In this document: in pieces, positions 8,475 to 10,610 of the stretch
How positions within the stretch are numbered: the first letter of the stretch is position 1
How the letters are laid out: each line of letters starts with the position of its first letter
Source: a virus
Lineage: Duplodnaviria; Heunggongvirae; Uroviricota; Caudoviricetes
Virus record (IMG/VR): IMGVR_UViG_2778261697_000001
Length of the DNA stretch: 10,610 bases
Direction: 5' to 3' (one strand)
The notes under the pieces: generated by a model
Told to the model about the DNA's origin: nothing
The model's database searches: none
What the model saw: the letters and a program-made list of their open reading frames with translations, nothing else
Program-made: the position numbers and the translations under genes

Positions 8475-8970
8475 AACGAACCTCTTTTAATAAAGTCAAG
8501 TGATAATGAAAGATAAATATTGTAAACGAAAAAATACTGGACTGGAACATATATCTCTGCCTGTAATTTAACCAAGATAATTTTACTAACGCAGTCATAA
8601 TTCGTTCATGTATACCAGATGAAAGTACATGTTCTATGAAATAGGGTTTTGCCTAGAGTTTGAAGGTTTTTAACGATTATACCTGTTTAATCGACTCCCC
8701 ATGTTTTTTGACATTATCCACCGCACACGATACTGGATGCCAGGTAAACTGATTTGCTGGCATAAAGTCACTGAGAATTTTTTACCAACAATATCTTGCC
8801 ACATCTTTTCCCGTACAGTTTCGGCAATAGAATCAGCGGGCAGCGGTCATCAATATTCACCAGACATTGATCTGCCGCACTATCTGACCGGTGTCCTGCT
8901 GAGAATACTAATTTCTTTTTTTTGCAAGTGCTGTCCAATCATGATTGGGGGGGGCTGGCGGAGTTGAAAA

Positions 8971-9002
8971 CGCAGACACGTTGTATGCAATAACGTGCTG
9001 CG
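8971..9002 (-). terminator. Stem-loop A, 24 nt downstream of the GIY-YIG stop; candidate intrinsic terminator and copy 1 of a hairpin repeat
   Basis: GCAG-a-CACGTT-[gtatgcaat]-AACGTG-CTGC with a flanking C-G pair. On the minus strand it is followed by GTTTTCAACTCC. Confidence 0.4.
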
Positions 9003-9025
9003 GTTTAATCTTATCAATTGAATAC

Positions 9026-9895
<870 letters not shown>

Positions 9896-9990
9896 CTAAC
9901 CCTTTGAATTTACATAGCGCAAAAAGATACCTTTCCTCATAATGTGAGCTAATTTTATGTTTCGTTTGATGATCGGGTCGGTCTCGAAAC

Positions 9991-10024
9991 CCGTAGCCAC
10001 GTCGTATGCAAGAACGTGCTACGG
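9991..10024 (-). repeat. Stem-loop B, copy 2 of the hairpin repeat, upstream of the GIY-YIG gene
   Basis: GTAG-c-CACGT-[cgtatgcaaga]-ACGTG-CTAC with two flanking C-G pairs. Homologous to stem-loop A; the outer stem carries a compensatory C-G to T-A change. Confidence 0.4.
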
Positions 10025-10284
10025 TTAGCTGGTGAAATGTCGATAGTGCGAGTGTTGAATAATTTCTAGCCGTTATTGATTTTACGTATTTTTGTATGAG
10101 ATGATTTGCATCTCCTGCCACCGACCATCTATGACTATACGTCACCATTTCTAGGGCTGCTATGTGCCAAGAGCGGTAATTGACAGAGAGCAGCCCTATC
10201 TCAGTGGCTTTATTTTTTTAGAGATTGCAGGTGATGCTGCCAACTTACTGATTTAGTGTATGATGGTGTTTTTGAGGTGCTCCA

Positions 10285-10560
10285 GTGGCTTCTGTTTCTA
10301 TCAGCTGTCCCTCCTGTTCAGCTACTGACGGGGTGGTGCGTAACGGCAAAAGCACCGCCGGACATCAGCGCTATCTCTGCTCTCACTGCCGTAAAACATG
10401 GCAACTGCAGTTCACTTACACCGCTTCTCAACCCGGTACGCACCAGAAAATCATTGATATGGCCATGAATGGCGTTGGATGCCGGGCAACTGCCCGCATT
10501 ATGGGCGTTGGCCTCAACACGATTTTACGTCACTTAAAAAACTCAGGCCGCAGTCGGTAA
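10285..10560 (+). CDS. insA: IS1 InsA
   Basis: 91-aa ORF identical to the copy at 51-326. Confidence 0.95.
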
Positions 10561-10610
10561 CCTCGCGCATACAGCCGGGCAGTGACGTCATCGTCTGCGC
10601 GGAAATGGAC
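10479..10610 (+). CDS. insB: IS1 InsB, 5' part only (continues beyond the window end)
   Basis: ATG at 10479 opens the frame [44 protein letters not shown], which matches the InsB N-terminus as I recall it and is open to the window edge. Confidence 0.8.
10534..10542 (+). promoter_or_regulatory. IS1 programmed -1 ribosomal frameshift motif (TTAAAAAAC)
   Basis: A6C slippery sequence near the 3' end of insA, in the overlap with the insB frame. Confidence 0.7.

Larger units (their letters stand above)
10230..10610 (+). mobile_element. IS1 insertion sequence, partial (left-end half; the rest lies beyond the window end)
   Basis: Begins with the IS1 terminal repeat GGTGATGCTGCCAACTTACTGATTTAGTGTATGATGG at 10230; insA sits at the canonical offset. 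Inverted relative to the copy at 1-381. Confidence 0.95.

Noticed and set aside
8356-8598. 80-aa minus-strand ORF overlapping the acyltransferase start
   Set aside because: Out-of-frame overlap with the acyltransferase N-terminus and its Shine-Dalgarno region; AT-rich chance ORF.
8701-8967. 88-aa plus-strand ORF between the acyltransferase and GIY-YIG genes
   Set aside because: No Shine-Dalgarno sequence, Cys/His/Trp-rich atypical composition, opposite in orientation to both neighbours, and it runs through homopolymer tracts. More likely non-coding or the opposite strand of a gene remnant.
9974-9993. tRNA-like T-arm resemblance (GGTCTCGAAACCC)
   Set aside because: Only a loose similarity to the GGTTCGAATCC T-loop; no acceptor stem, anticodon arm or CCA context, so no tRNA gene is supported.

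Overview
This 10.6-kb window is an enterobacterial-type accessory segment bracketed by two identical, inverted, partial IS1 copies (1-381 and 10230-10610), each carrying insA and the 5' part of insB. All protein-family calls below come from motifs I recognise by eye, not from database searches. Between the IS1 copies there are three blocks. (1) An AT-rich gene on the minus strand for a membrane-anchored OB-fold protein, whose 3' end is cut by the left IS1. (2) A GC-rich, translationally coupled Mu-like baseplate and tail-fibre operon on the plus strand: gpN-like DNA circularisation protein, gpP/gp44-like hub, gp45/V spike, gp46, gp47 (baseplate J), gp48, a glycine-rich tail fibre and a tail-fibre assembly chaperone. 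No tape-measure, tube or sheath genes precede it, so it looks like a prophage remnant. (3) A low-GC region on the minus strand downstream of the tail-fibre genes, holding an acyltransferase-3 (OafA/Oac-like) membrane protein and a stand-alone GIY-YIG nuclease with an unassigned C-terminal domain. The GIY-YIG gene is flanked by two homologous stem-loops that differ by a compensatory base-pair change. I see no rRNA, tRNA or CRISPR array. The best candidate for something new is the GIY-YIG cassette with its paired hairpins and structured upstream leader; whether it is a defence nuclease, a selfish homing-type nuclease or a decaying cargo gene cannot be decided from sequence alone.
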